Source: Plasmodiophora brassicae (lineage: Eukaryota). From it: a stretch of 64,000 nt of DNA. The stretch is taken from assembly GCA_036867785.1 (NCBI GenBank), contig CP145422.1, positions 1 to 64,000 of the forward strand, given 5' to 3'. Below the pieces are notes generated by a model that had not been told where the DNA came from, searched no databases, and was given only the letters and a program-made list of their open reading frames with translations. Positions 29,552-42,400 of the stretch are shown here, in pieces (the first letter of the stretch is position 1; each line of letters starts with the position of its first letter). The position numbers and the translations under genes are program-made.

Positions 29552-30601
29552 ATGTCCGGCACACTGGCCGATCTACTCGCGCGGGCGAACCCTGACGGGA
29601 CGATAAATTTCAGCGAGTATAAGCAAATGATGTCACAAGTGCAGAAGCGATCCCTGTCAACGTGCGCGAACACGCCGCCCGGTTGTGCGCTGTTCTGTCG
29701 AACTGCGCTTGATGTGATCGCGTCCAACATGGCCATTGCAGCGCAAGTTGGCGATCCCGAATTCTTGTCGCGAACCATTACTATTGACTCATTGAATATG
29801 ATCGAGAGTATTGCCGAATACGCGGACGAACGCGCCGTCCTGGCCATGTCTCTGCTGATCCATGCATCGAAAGCGACCCGGTTCCGGCAATGGAAACGGT
29901 TTGACGATTTTATCATGGTTCTCCACGATCACGAGGAATTCCGCTTGGCATCCGACGATGAGAAACCTTCGCACGATGTCGAATATGTCGCACGATCGAT
30001 CGTCGAATTGGGCGACCGCATTACAGCCTGGATTCTCTGCACCACTCGCGATCGTCTACAGGCAATTCCTACTATATATTATGTGGCTTGTTCAGCTGCG
30101 GTTCGCGGATGGTCTACTCCGATCGGCATCGTCATCAACGTCGTTGCCGTGCCACGCCGACGTTATCACGTGCTCACTCACCCAATTGCGCTTGCCTGTT
30201 TGATTGGACACGAAAATGCCCACTATCAACTACGCCTGTTGAGCAATGATCACAACGTATCCAGTCCGGCTAAACTGCCTGCTCTGAACGAGGCTGCTGG
30301 TCCCGCCGGATGGACCCAAGAACAGGTTCATGACGCACTCCGTTTTGAAGCCTTCAAAGCGGGACACATCGAAACGGGACTCATGTTTGAGATTCTGTTC
30401 TTCGGCGAGAAACTCAACTTTATCCGGTGTAATCTAGCTGATCAACTTCTGGAAGACCTGAATCACAGGCTGCAATCATTGGATCCTTTCCCACTGTTGC
30501 GAAATGGCGATCTGGTGAAATACAGGCGGCTAACCCTGCCGTGGAATGACGAAATGGCGTTTGAACCTGACCCGTGGTTCCAGGACCTCCCGTTCGAATG
30601 A
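29552..30601 (+). CDS. Hypothetical protein with HExxH zincin-like motif
   Basis: Intronless 349-aa ORF; LACLIGHENAHYQLR plus a downstream AGHIE...FEILFFG block. Confidence 0.7.
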   Translation: MSGTLADLLARANPDGTINFSEYKQMMSQVQKRSLSTCANTPPGCALFCRTALDVIASNMAIAAQVGDPEFLSRTITIDSLNMIESIAEYADERAVLAMSLLIHASKATRFRQWKRFDDFIMVLHDHEEFRLASDDEKPSHDVEYVARSIVELGDRITAWILCTTRDRLQAIPTIYYVACSAAVRGWSTPIGIVINVVAVPRRRYHVLTHPIALACLIGHENAHYQLRLLSNDHNVSSPAKLPALNEAAGPAGWTQEQVHDALRFEAFKAGHIETGLMFEILFFGEKLNFIRCNLADQLLEDLNHRLQSLDPFPLLRNGDLVKYRRLTLPWNDEMAFEPDPWFQDLPFE

Positions 30602-31684
30602 ATTCCTACATAGCTACTTCTTCCGCGACTGAGTGGTCGCAGCGTGCAGGACTTTGTCCAATTATCCAACGACGCTGCTTCCAGGCATGCGGCAGCCGTG
30701 TGCCACTCCGGACCTGAAAATGAACGGCCATTGTCTTCTGACGATATGTTATTGAATCGATCGCGACCCCAATATGCTAAACAGTCTGACGACAATGCGG
30801 CTTCGGTGGTATAGTGACGGCGTCCGCATGAATTTGTTGAAGTTCGCCGATGTCGGCTCCGGTTGCGACCACAGGAGCCAACCCGAGTCCGCCCATCGGC
30901 GGACCGGCTCTATACTAGTGCTGCAGGGTCCCGAGTTGACAGGTCGACTGAACAGTATCCGCGGCAGGGTCCCATCAACCCATCCCTTCAGGTCGAACGA
31001 GGTGGCAAACGTTCGCGGTTTGGTGGCGAAGCAGAGAGGTTGGTATGATACTCTTTTTGAGATCGGTGAAGCAACTGTGTCATCCTCGACCAGTTGTGTA
31101 GACCGGACCGCCCAACTAGGCCACGAGAGCAGCCGCTCTTGTGGCCTAGTTGGGCGGTACGGTCCGGTCAACAATGGCGCTGATACTGATCACGGAGATG
31201 ATCGAATCTCATGTGATGCGCCACCTCCGAATGACAGTGACACAGCGATTACTGTGTAAATCGAAATCGAGTGTACATATTGGGGTTTCGTCTCTTCAGG
31301 ATACAGGAAAGTCTCTCCTACGCCTAGCTTCCACATGCATCCCTTCAAAGAGTAATATGCGACTCATTGCCATTTCGTCACCGAACGCTGTCCACCCTTT
31401 ATTAGGACTGCACGAGGCGCTCCTATCCAGTCGATGGTCGCCACTCTCATGTATAGCTGTATGCTATACGGACGACGTCTGATGTCGTTCAAACAGCTCG
31501 CGTCGATCCCTCTATGAGTGCAACTTCACCGACGTTACTGTAACCCCTGCTGGCCTACCAGTTACTGTTCGGTCGGCTGGCTGCTGTTGCGAAAATGGAG
31601 CAACCCCGCAAGTGACTGACACACGACCAGTGCTGTCGCTCTGGGCGCCTGCTCTGCGCTCGCTCTGATACGAATACCGGAGCG

Positions 31685-33788
31685 ATGAGGACGTCGACGA
31701 CATCGCTCTTGACGACAGTCATCATTGGGGGCAGCCTCTTGGTCGCCGTCGCGACTTTATCGCATGTCGTTTGGACATGGGCCTCGCCCATTCATGATCG
31801 CATCCAGTTTAGCGTCCACCACGACCTACTCTGCCAATCGGCAACCAAGTGTCCAGAACACTTGTGGGTGGATGCAGGCGTTGCCGATCCGCTAAAGGAG
31901 AAGCAGTTGATATTTGCGGTGGCTCATTCTCATCCACTGTCATCCATCGACGCTGCCCTGGAAAAGGTTTCGAATCCATCTTCTCCACTGTACGGCCAAT
32001 GGATGTCTCTCCAAGAGACAGCTGTCTTTACGAAGAACGACGAAGCGTTCCGTACAGTGACATCGTTCCTCCGAATGAATGGCGTCCCAGACTGGAGCAT
32101 GAATGCGACGATCAATCGTGACTACTTGGTTGTGACCCTACCCGTCTACAATGCGAACCGATTGTTGGGTGCTGATTTTCGTATCTACGAACGCGGGCAG
32201 CAGAGGTACATCCGGACGCGGACGTATTCGTTGCCGGCGTGGGTTGCCCCATACATCGATTTCGTTGGAGGGGCTATCGATCTTCCTGATGTGCGGCCCG
32301 TCCGACACAAGCAACGCGTCGATACCACTGAGGTTGGCCCTGGACCCGTCATCAAAGGATACGTGACGCCCCAGGCCCTCAATGACGTCTATCATATCGA
32401 TGACAACAAGGCCAGCGCATCGAACGGTGCAACTCAGTCCCTGTAAGTACTCCAGTTGGGCATTCGCGCCGCCATTCATCATACGCGGGCTGGCCGCTGA
32501 TGTGTGTACCGCAGGTTTGAAGCCCTGGGGCAGAACTTCTCACCGGATGACCTGGCTTTGTTTCAGGACAAATTCCATTTGCCTGCGGTGCCAGTTTCGA
32601 CAGTGATTGGCCCTAATTCCAAAGATGCCTGCAAGGTCAATGCGGGGTCCTGCGCAGAAGCGAACCTGTAGGACCACAAGTGGCCTCGTTCCCTGTACGG
32701 TTTCTCGTGTTCCTCACATCCTCCGTCGTGCAGGGACGTTCAGTACATTATGGCGGTGGCCCAGCACGCGGACACAACCTTCTGGGCGATCGACGCCAGC
32801 GACTGGGACCCGTTCACGACCTGGATCGTGGCGTTGGCCAATTGCACCGACCCTCCCAAGGTGGATCCAACGCCACTGGGCAGTCTACAGTTCGCTCATC
32901 TGCTCGCCAGGTGCATTCCATCTCCTACGGAGGTGTCGAGCGAGAAACCCCTGCCCTGCATCGGTTCAATAAGGACCTCGCCCTGCTCGCTGTCCGAGGC
33001 ATCACTGTGGTCGTGTCGTCGGGCGATGACGGTGTCGGCAACTTCCCGATTCGCGACAACCCGCAAGCATGCGGTTTGAATCCCTCGTTCCCCGCCAGCT
33101 GCCCATACGTCGTTAGTGTTGGGGCCACGCAGGGTCCTGAATCAGGACAACCCGAAATCAGCTGTAGCTCAGACACGGGTGGGATCATCACGAGCGGCGG
33201 CGGATTCTCGACCGTGTTCCCTGCACCATCGTACCAAGCGGGAGCCGTGCGACGCTTCCTGCTCGCTTCGAAGAGTGACGATTTGCCGCCCGACGAGATG
33301 TTCAACCGCTCAGGCCGTGGTTACCCCGACGTGGCTCTCCTCGGGTACAACTACATTGTCACTGATGGAGGCCAGTTCGTCGCAGAATCTGGAACTTCAG
33401 CATCTGGTACGCTCATGGCACTGGTTATCGCAGACAGTCGTAACCGGCCGCTAACCGTGACCTATCAGCCCCCGTATTTGCCGGCATGTTGACGCTGATC
33501 AACAGCGTCCTCATCGATCACGGGCGCCCGGTTGTGGGCTTTGTCAACCCGCTTCTGTACTCATTGGCAAAGCACGCCGCCATCTACACAGATGTCACCC
33601 AGGGCAACAATCATTGCGGGGCCGGGCGCGCGCCTCAGATCACCTGCTGCATGTATGGATTCAAAGCCATGCCGGGATGGGATCCCCTGACGGGGCTCGG
33701 TTCCATTCATTTCGCCAACCTCAAAGCAGCTGTCCTGGCAGGCGCTACCAAGGCGCCCAAGCAGCGTGCTCCTGTCGCTGTACAGTAA
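31685..33788 (+). CDS. Sedolisin / tripeptidyl-peptidase I-like serine-carboxyl peptidase (S53), multi-exon, secreted or N-anchored
   Basis: N-terminal hydrophobic segment; pro-domain VSNPSSPLYGQWMS; EANL|DVQY (catalytic Glu/Asp, split by an intron), SISYG, SSGDDG, SGGGFS, GRGYPDV, SGTSAS (catalytic Ser) and GWDPLTGLGS. Confidence 0.95.
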
Positions 33789-33976
33789 TAATTGCAGGCT
33801 GCATCGATGCTGTCGTTCTTCTGAAGTGGAAGGTGGAATAAACGTCCTTTCCAATGCATGGTCACTTGGAATGATCAATACGATATATATGATTAATGAC
33901 CATATTGATGGATGCCTGTCGATGTCCTGTGGCTTGGCGTACATTGCCACGACAAAAGTAACCGCACCTCGGGAAG

Positions 33977-36028
33977 TTATGTAGAACTCTGCCCGATTCT
34001 TTCAAACGCCGACGTGATGCAGCTGAGAATTGCAGGGTCAGCTAGTACCATGCCGGAATCACATGCCACCTGATGCACCAATTGAACTGACGTCAGGCAG
34101 GAGCAGCGAGCAAATGAGTCTACAAAGGCGCAGATGACTGCTGGCGTCAGCAACGTGCATCTGCCCTCCGCAAACTTCCATAGCCTCTGTAAGTCTACTA
34201 AACGGCGAGGGTGCCCGAGGGCAGTGACGAAGGAAGCAAACGCGTCTGGGTCGTTGCCGAAGCAGGAGTCTTCTAAAACACTTTGGGCAGTCATCGTCTC
34301 ACCACATTGGGTATACGCAGAGACAATGGCGCTGAGGACCCTGGGATCACCGAGAAGGTTCCGCTGGCGCGCCATCTCGTGCACTGATCGGACGGATCCC
34401 AGGTCAGAGCACCGTCCATACGCTATGGCGAATTCGCTGACAAGTAACGGACGGTCTAGTGAGGCCTGCCCTGACTGTTTCGCGTAGACGAACAGCATAT
34501 GAAGTGGCTGGAGGGCCGAGTAGTCCCCGCAAGCGCGTACGAGTGCTTGAAGAACCTGAGGGTAAATAGGAGCATGCCGGTTCAGCAGTGATCCGAACAA
34601 ATCCATCGCCTCCGCGATGTGGCGCGATTTTACGAAGGCGCTCAGCATTGCGTTATTGGTCGACGGGCGTGGTTCAACAAGTTGCTCAAAGATGTGCTGT
34701 GCAATGTCGATCCGCCCGACGCGACCAAACGCGGCAATGAACGCATTCACAACGGACGCGTTTGCGAGCACCGCCTTGTCGATATTGGTGGCGTACTGAT
34801 ACAGCATCTGAACTGGATGAAGAGTAGCGCAGCAAGAGATGAGCCCGCTGAGCATGCGCGCCTCCGCTGGGAAGCCGTATCCGATCATGGCCCGGAACAC
34901 GGAAATCGCATTGGTGTCCTTGTCGGCCTTGACGAATGCGCCGATCATTGTGTTGAATGTGACCTCGTCCGGGTTCGGAAACGCTCGAAACAGGCTGTAC
35001 GCGATGTCGAGGCGACCGCACCGGCTGAACGCGGTTATGAAGGCGTTCGTAACAATAACGTCATCAAGCAGCGCCCTATCAGCTTCAGTCGCAAAGTCAT
35101 ACAGACGTTGTAGCGGTTCGTCGGCGGCAGAGTTCCCGCAGGCGGTGATGAGGACGGTGATGTCAGCAGGTAACAAGGAACCGCCGTTCAGGATCATTGT
35201 TCGAAACACGAACATCGCATCGTCGATACGATCAGCTTTGGCTAACGCGTTGATGATCAGCCCGTACATATGCTGGGACGGCGTCAAGTCCTGTGATGTA
35301 AGCCATCGTAGGAGGCCGACCGCTGGAACGAATCGGCCTTGAGCCAGCAGTGGCTTAACAAGGTTGGCATAGATTTGAGGACAATGATAATGCTCAATGT
35401 GGCCTGATTCAATGTGCTGCAAGAGAAGTGCAGCAGCGTCGGCACCGTCCGGGCTGGCTTCGGCGCAACACGCTGCGAGAACGGATAGCAGGACCTCACT
35501 GAATGCAACCCCGTTGGAGATGGAGTCGGCCGCAAGAAATAGAGCGGACTGAGGTTGACGACAAGCTCTGCAGAGCCCCGCTAGGCTGCAGACGACATTA
35601 TGGGTCGGAGGTCTGACCTGGCGATAGAGTTCAAGGGCGTCACCTAGCAATGCAGGCATCGCTAGTTGACAGGCCTTGACAAACAGACAAAACAAGGGCT
35701 CGTCGATGGGAACGCCTTCCCGGATGGCAGCGCGTAACGCGTCTGGTGCTTTCAACGGCGCCGTCCTCAGGCAGAACTGCAACATCCGAGTGAAAAACTG
35801 TGCACGAGGACGCAAACGGCAATCGAGGACATGCCAGAAAACGGCCCATCCTCTGCGCGAGTCACCCTCATCCTGTAGAATACGTGCCGCAAGACCGACG
35901 GTAGGCCTCAGGAAGAAATCATCGTAGAGCGACGGCGAGGATGCTAGGGAGCCCGTAAGGGCACGGGCGCGACGAGGCATCAGGCAATTTACAAGACGGC
36001 TGGTGCGGGTGAGGGTACGTTTGGCCAT
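33977..36028 (-). CDS. Pentatricopeptide repeat (PPR) protein without DYW domain
   Basis: 683-aa intronless ORF; 35-aa-type repeats (MYGLIINALAKADRIDDAMFVFRTM, TFNTMIGAFVKADKDTNAISVFRAM, NAFIAAFGRVGRIDIAQHIFEQL); Arg-rich N-terminus resembling a mitochondrial transit peptide. Confidence 0.92.
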   Translation of the reverse strand: MAKRTLTRTSRLVNCLMPRRARALTGSLASSPSLYDDFFLRPTVGLAARILQDEGDSRRGWAVFWHVLDCRLRPRAQFFTRMLQFCLRTAPLKAPDALRAAIREGVPIDEPLFCLFVKACQLAMPALLGDALELYRQVRPPTHNVVCSLAGLCRACRQPQSALFLAADSISNGVAFSEVLLSVLAACCAEASPDGADAAALLLQHIESGHIEHYHCPQIYANLVKPLLAQGRFVPAVGLLRWLTSQDLTPSQHMYGLIINALAKADRIDDAMFVFRTMILNGGSLLPADITVLITACGNSAADEPLQRLYDFATEADRALLDDVIVTNAFITAFSRCGRLDIAYSLFRAFPNPDEVTFNTMIGAFVKADKDTNAISVFRAMIGYGFPAEARMLSGLISCCATLHPVQMLYQYATNIDKAVLANASVVNAFIAAFGRVGRIDIAQHIFEQLVEPRPSTNNAMLSAFVKSRHIAEAMDLFGSLLNRHAPIYPQVLQALVRACGDYSALQPLHMLFVYAKQSGQASLDRPLLVSEFAIAYGRCSDLGSVRSVHEMARQRNLLGDPRVLSAIVSAYTQCGETMTAQSVLEDSCFGNDPDAFASFVTALGHPRRLVDLQRLWKFAEGRCTLLTPAVICAFVDSFARCSCLTSVQLVHQVACDSGMVLADPAILSCITSAFERIGQSST

Positions 36029-36366
36029 AACTTCATGGCTCGACCACGCGGACTCCGCTTGTGGCGCAGTTCCGAAGGCAGCAACGCTATGTACATAGTT
36101 CGAGCAACATATGCATACCAGCGACGTACGTACGCCTTGCGCTGACTCAGTCTGCGTCCTGATTGTTCCGCCTAGAAATTGTCAGTCAGCAAACCATCGC
36201 AGGTTTTACACATTGCACGACAGCAGAACTGGAACCTGTGTGCCAAGAGCCTCCGTGGCAATTTCGGGCAGTGATTGGTGGGGACGTGGCCGACGGAGTT
36301 GCGATGGTCATTGCGTGCCCTATGTCGGCAGAGACCGCCAGCCTCTGATCCGGCAGTACATCCATT

Positions 36367-37965
36367 ATGGGTCTTGCCCATCCGGTTGCCTGCAAGGCCG
36401 TGTACAATGTCGCGCATCCCGGCGTCGTCGCTGGCGTCGGTTCCATGCAGGGGTACCGCGTGTCCATGGAGGACACGCATTCCCTCTGCGTTCCTCTACG
36501 GCGCCACCCGAACACACACTTGCTCGCCGTGTTTGATGGTAATGTCCAGAATGCCGAACTGGCTGCACCAATGAACGCTAACGTAGACTTGTAATCAGGT
36601 CATGGTGGAAGTGCCGCCGCTCGTAGGAACGCCTTACGTAATGGTCCTTGTGCCTCTGCTGATGGTACGTAGAGTTTGCCGAGCGTGAAATTGCTCGAAA
36701 TGTCGACCTGCTCGATGTCATCGAGGAAGCCGGCGTACGACGCGTTATCATGGAGGCGGACAGCAGGTTTCTGGCCGAGTCCAACCAGGTTAGCTGATTC
36801 GACCATGTCCTTTGGCTCAGTTTTGTCTCCGTTCCCTGCATCGACGTATTGCGTTTGGGCCATTGCCGCTGTTTCTGTGGGACCCGTGCTCTAACTCTAC
36901 TGTCCACATGCAGTCGTGTAAACAAGGTGCCTGCCTGGTGATGGCTGTGGTGACGGCCAGTGCCGCCAATGGGGAATGGGTTAGTCAGGGCGCTGCAACT
37001 GTGTCTGACGTGATCTCATCCACGGTGGCTGTAGGACGTGCTGTGTGTGAATGTGGGCGATTCGCGGATTCTGGTCGGGACGGTGCCGGGTAGCGCCGAA
37101 CACGAGATCGACTGCCGTGTCATGACGGTGGACCACAAACCGGAGGTGTCGCAGGAGAGGGAACGGATCGTGAATGCGGGTGGTTCTGTCGTCATGGGCC
37201 GCATCGACAGGACGCTAGCCGTGTCTCGCGCCCTGGGCGACTGGGTATTCAAGAGCAACGATTCGTTACCCCCAGATGAACAAAAAGTCGTCAGCGTCCC
37301 TGAGTTCACCAGGACGACCGTCGGATGCGGCGCCTTCCTCCTCGTGGCATGCGATGGCATCTTCGAGGCTATGTCCAGTGCGCAAGTGGCCAGCTTTGTC
37401 GGCCGGGACCTTGCCGAAACGTCATGCGCCGATCCCGCAATGACTGTCGCTAGGCTATTGGATGCCTCCTTGCGGTCCGGATCCAAAGGTGACATGGGTA
37501 CGGCAACGTTGCATCTTTCTGATCTAACGGGTCGTGGGCTCTCGTGCAGACAACATGACCTGCATCGTGGCATGTTTCGTCGACGCTGATGGTGTTCCAG
37601 TCGAGAGGCGGTTTGTGCACCCTGAACCACTGCCCAACTTCGAGGCGATGCGTCAAGTGGACCGGGTGGCTTTCTGCCGGGCGTACCTGAGTTTCGCTGT
37701 ACGTGTCGTATGATGCCGGCGCTTTGGTGTCTGGGTAGGCGCTGACGAATAGCAGGAGTCATATGGATTTCGGCACGACGCAGAGAAGGTTCTATCTTCG
37801 CATGGGTTTGACGTGGCACACTGTTCAACATTGCGAAAACGACGCCACAAGGGCATGCAGATGCGGGAACGCGCTGTCCACGGGCTGACAATTGCTGCAT
37901 GCATTGTCGCTGTCATCGCGGTTATCATGGCGTTCACACGACTGACCGCTATCTATCCCACATGA
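36367..37965 (+). CDS. Protein phosphatase 2C (PPM family), multi-exon, C-terminal transmembrane tail
   Basis: MQGYRVSMED, AVFDG|HGG, NVGDSR, DHKP, LAVSRALGD, LVACDGIF, GSK|DNMT. Last exon follows an intron at ~37699-37752 and ends GLTIAACIVAVIAVIMAFTRLTAIYPT*. Confidence 0.9.
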
Positions 37966-39415
37966 CAAGGGTGTCCCGGCCGCACCACTGTATTATAATA
38001 ATGTCCCTGGATCAAGAATTGGGTTGCAGATGTGAACGCTAAGTAGGCGTATGCATGGATGCTTCCAATGATGAAGCACGTGCTGAGACGCCAGGCTGTT
38101 GTTACAATATCAGTTTCCAGAAGTTCACCGTAGCGGTGGTTACATTATCCGTATTCGTCATACGTGAACCAGTACTATAGCAGTTCTCGTTATGGTTGCT
38201 GGGCGCGGCAAGTCGTGGTTGCGGTTGACGATACCACACCCCCGCTGTGTAGCCACTAGATTCAACCTGCGTCGCATTGCTACTGCAACCTCAAGAACAG
38301 GGTGCTGTCAGTTTGTTCTCCAGAGCGGAATTGATGCCGCCGACCCAGAACCTGCCGGCGTCATCTATGGGAACCCTTATCACAACGTCGTATGTTGTAG
38401 TCCGCTACGCTCATGTTCTCGTACAAGCCCTGCAGACTGGGCACCGACTCCCCCTGATCTGATATGACTCGCGTGCTTCCATACCGTAGTGGTTTGTTTC
38501 GGTGGAGTGGGCAGAGCTCCATGACCCGAAAACCGTTTTTCTTCAGCCGAGAACCGTTTCATGCATCCGGATAGGAGTCGCCGTCCAATGTTGACGTAAT
38601 GAGCCGACCGGAACGAATTTGGTTCTGCCGTAAGCGTCGTCCGTATCACGTCCGTCACCAAAGCTGGACGGGGTTACGCTGCTGCCGAACTGGCCGAAGC
38701 AGCGCTGAGGTCCCGTGCGTCAATCCATGTCGTGATTCATTGTTGGATGCGGAATATGCGTTGGTCATGTCTTGCTTCTATCTGGCGTTTGCTGCGGGTC
38801 GCATAATTGTTTGAGGGCGATAAGACTGCACTTGACAGCCAGCGGTGCGAACTTTATAACGAGGTGCAATGCCATATAGAATTGCCTACGTCGGCCAGAA
38901 CCCGGGTACCGAAAGCGCCAGGACATACTCCATCGATATCCCTGGGTGTAGCCACGCTACACCTATTGGTGAGGGCGCAGTGCATGCCGCACTCTGTGCC
39001 GGCCCGCACCGGCCGCACACTTCCCAGCCGGAACCAGTCCTGAATCCTGTGCACCGCGAAACAACCAGCTCTGCAACGGGCAGTTCCGTACCAGGGCATG
39101 TGCAGCATCACACCGGGTCGGATGCGGGAGTGGCCCGGGTGCGCACATGCCAATATTCCAGCAGCGGGACTACCTCGAATGCCGTGCGCTCTAATAATAA
39201 GTGCCCGAGTGGGGGAAGTCCGTAGGGCACGCCGCGGCACAGAAAGTGCGGACCCCAGGCTCGGGGTTTATTCTGTGGTGCGGTGTGCTCGTTCCGTCGT
39301 CGCCCATCGCGCGCCATCGTCCCCCGGTCGGGTCGCGCGCGACTGGTCCCAGTCGGCACCCCGCCTGCACGGTTATCGCGCTGGCTTCCACTGCGTCTGC
39401 ACCGCACCTAGTAGC

Positions 39416-42400
39416 ATGAGCCGACGCGCGCAGCGCCCTGCCACCATTGACATTCGACCCAGTCGGGTGCGTCCGGCGTTTTCCCATGCATTCCGGGATT
39501 GGCCACGCCGCTGACATGATTCCGCTCGTTCCTGTACAGACATCGCGTCAGGCCGCCCTCCAGCGGGTACCGTCCAGGCGGAAACGCGCGCGCGACGATG
39601 ACGACGATGACGACGATACCGACGACGATCTTGTCATTCGAGTAACGTTCCATTGTATCGTCCGCAATCGGTTTTCCACGTTGCTGAATGTTGCACCTTC
39701 CCATCCAGTCTGCAACCGGGTCCAGTAACGTGTCCGTCAACAATGACGCTTCGGACAGTGCGGTCGACGAAAACGATGATGATGATGATGAGACGGTTGG
39801 CGCTGACGGTTTCGCGTTCGCGCATGACCGTCTAATTGTTCTGGACGCAGGTGCCTCGATCGAGAACCGGATCCCGTCGATCTGCTCGCGACGTGAAGGC
39901 CTCGTCCGCCCAGCGGGGCAGCGATGCGGACGACCTCGATGAGTACTTGGAACCCATTGAGGACGACGATGACGCGAACGGCGCGTCTGGTGCTAGCGAG
40001 GATGACGACGGCGGCGGCGATGTCATCGAGAAGATTATCGCGCGACGTGTTGTTACGCCGAGTTCCGGCAAAGGTACAGGTGATGCCCTATCGGGTGCCA
40101 TTCCAGAACCCTGTTTCTCATGTGCCGGCGCCTAGGTCCATCGGAGGAATTCCTCGTCAAGTACAAGGACGTGTCGTACGTGCACTGCGAATGGATACCG
40201 CGTGCGGGCCTGGAAGCGACCAAGGCGGACCGTGCACGCTTGAATCGATTCCTGCAGAACGAGGGCACCAATGACGACGATGCTGTCGACGTCGACGGGG
40301 ACGATGACAACAATGTTTCTAATGGTACGACTGGCTTTGGTCGCCCTGCTACCAGCAACCTTTATAACAGCGGCGGCAGGTGCAGGCCAGTACTTCCCGT
40401 CCGACTACTGTCGAGTGGATCGAATTGTCGCGCACCGGTCCGCCTTGGACGCTGGCGGATCGAAGCGCACCCTTCGACTGGCTGACCTGCGCGAAGGCAA
40501 GCACTGGGACGAGTGCGAGTTCCTGGTGCGCTGGATGCAACAGGGATACGATGAAGCGACCTGGGAACCGTATTCCACGTTACGACTCCTGGACTGTCAG
40601 GAGGACGTCCGCAACGAGATCATGCGGTACTTCCGGTTCGTGGAGCCTCTGCCGATCGCGACGCCGAAACCCGCCCCCACTAAAAAAGAGACCAAGAAAC
40701 GTTCCACGTCGTCGTCCCGTAACAACAACGCCGCGACGGCTGCCTGGAAGGTATAGCGTGTCGCGCTGTGTCGTCGTAACTTACCCTGACGCACACCCGT
40801 ACCTCTGTAGGCGCAATCATTCCCGGTTCTGGCGTTCGCCAATGGGCTGGCGCTTCGTGACTACCAGGTCGATGGTGTGAAGTGGATGTCGTTCAACTGG
40901 GCCCAGGGTCGTAATTCCATATTGGCTGATGAGATGGGCCTGGGGAAGACGGTCCAGATTGCGGCGTTCATCTCCCATCTACATTCTCACGAAGGCGTTC
41001 CGGGCCCGTTCCTCATCGTTGCACCGCTGTCAACGTTGCAGCATTGGAGGAGAGAGTGCGAGGCCTGGGCGCCCAAGTTGAATTGCCTCGTCTACCATGG
41101 TGGTGCAATAGCTCGTGAAATCATCCGGTACTGGACAACGCCCCTCGACGTTGAATGTACTGACGCGCGTCCGTTCAGTGAGTACGAGTTCAAGTACGAT
41201 AAGAAGTTCGCGCACAAGCCGTTCAAGTTTGACATTTTCGTCACATCGTACGAGATGGTGCTGGCGGACGCCAAGGTCATGTCCCGCATTAACTGGGACC
41301 TGCTCGTCGTTGATGAATCCCATCGCCTCAAGAACCGCGATAGCAAACTCTTCAAGGAGCTCGTCCGGTTCAAGGTTAAACACTGCGTTATGCTTACCGG
41401 TAACGGCGCCCCCTCTTCATTACGCCATTGGTCTAAGGGTCGCGGCGCACGACAGGCACGCCGGTGCAGAACTCGATCGACGAGCTATGGGTGCTGTTGC
41501 ACTTCCTCGACAGCCAGTCGTTCGATTCCCTGGAGGAATTCCAGGCCAAGTTCGGCGACCTGAAGCGAAAGGAGGACGTGGATGCCCTGCATTCGCTGCT
41601 GAAGCCATACTTCCTCCGGCGTATGAAGGGTGACGTTGAGAAGGACTTACCGGATCGGCAAGAGATCGTCATCGATGTCGAGATGACCATGCTGCAGAAG
41701 CGTCTTTACAAGGCGATCTATGAGAAGAACACCGAGTTCCTGTTTCAGAAATCGTCGGTGCCCTCGCTCATGAACATCGGCATGCAACTTCGCAAATGCT
41801 GCAACCATCCGTATCTGATTCGAGGCGTCGAGGTAAGCGGGTCCCTTCGTGCGGTCAGCTCCCCTGTAACGTATGTGCTGCAGGAAGATCAAGTGGAGGA
41901 TTCCATGGACGACGATGCGAAGATGGATCGATTGGTGGCAGCGTCTGGGAAGTTTGTTCTCCTCGACAAGCTGTTGCCGAAACTGAAGAGCGAAGGTCAC
42001 CGCGTCCTCATCTTCTCGCAGATGGTCCGCATGCTGGACATCATCGAGGACTACCTGAACCATCGGTCGTACAGCTACGAGCGCATCGATGGCAACATTC
42101 GCGGCAGCGATCGCCAGACGGCCATCGACAACTTCACACGCACCCCTGACATGTAACGGTGGCTCACGAGCCGCTGTCAGCTCTCTACGCTAACCCGTCT
42201 GCATCATAGCTTCATCTTCATGCTGGCGACTCGAGCAGGAGGCGTTGGCATCAACCTGACGGCTGCCGATACGGTCATCATCTTCGACTCGGACTGGAAC
42301 CCGCAGAACGACCTGCAGGCGCAGGCGCGCTGCCATCGTATCGGGCAGACGCAGCACGTCAAGGTGTATCGGCTGATCACGAAGAACACATACGAAATGG

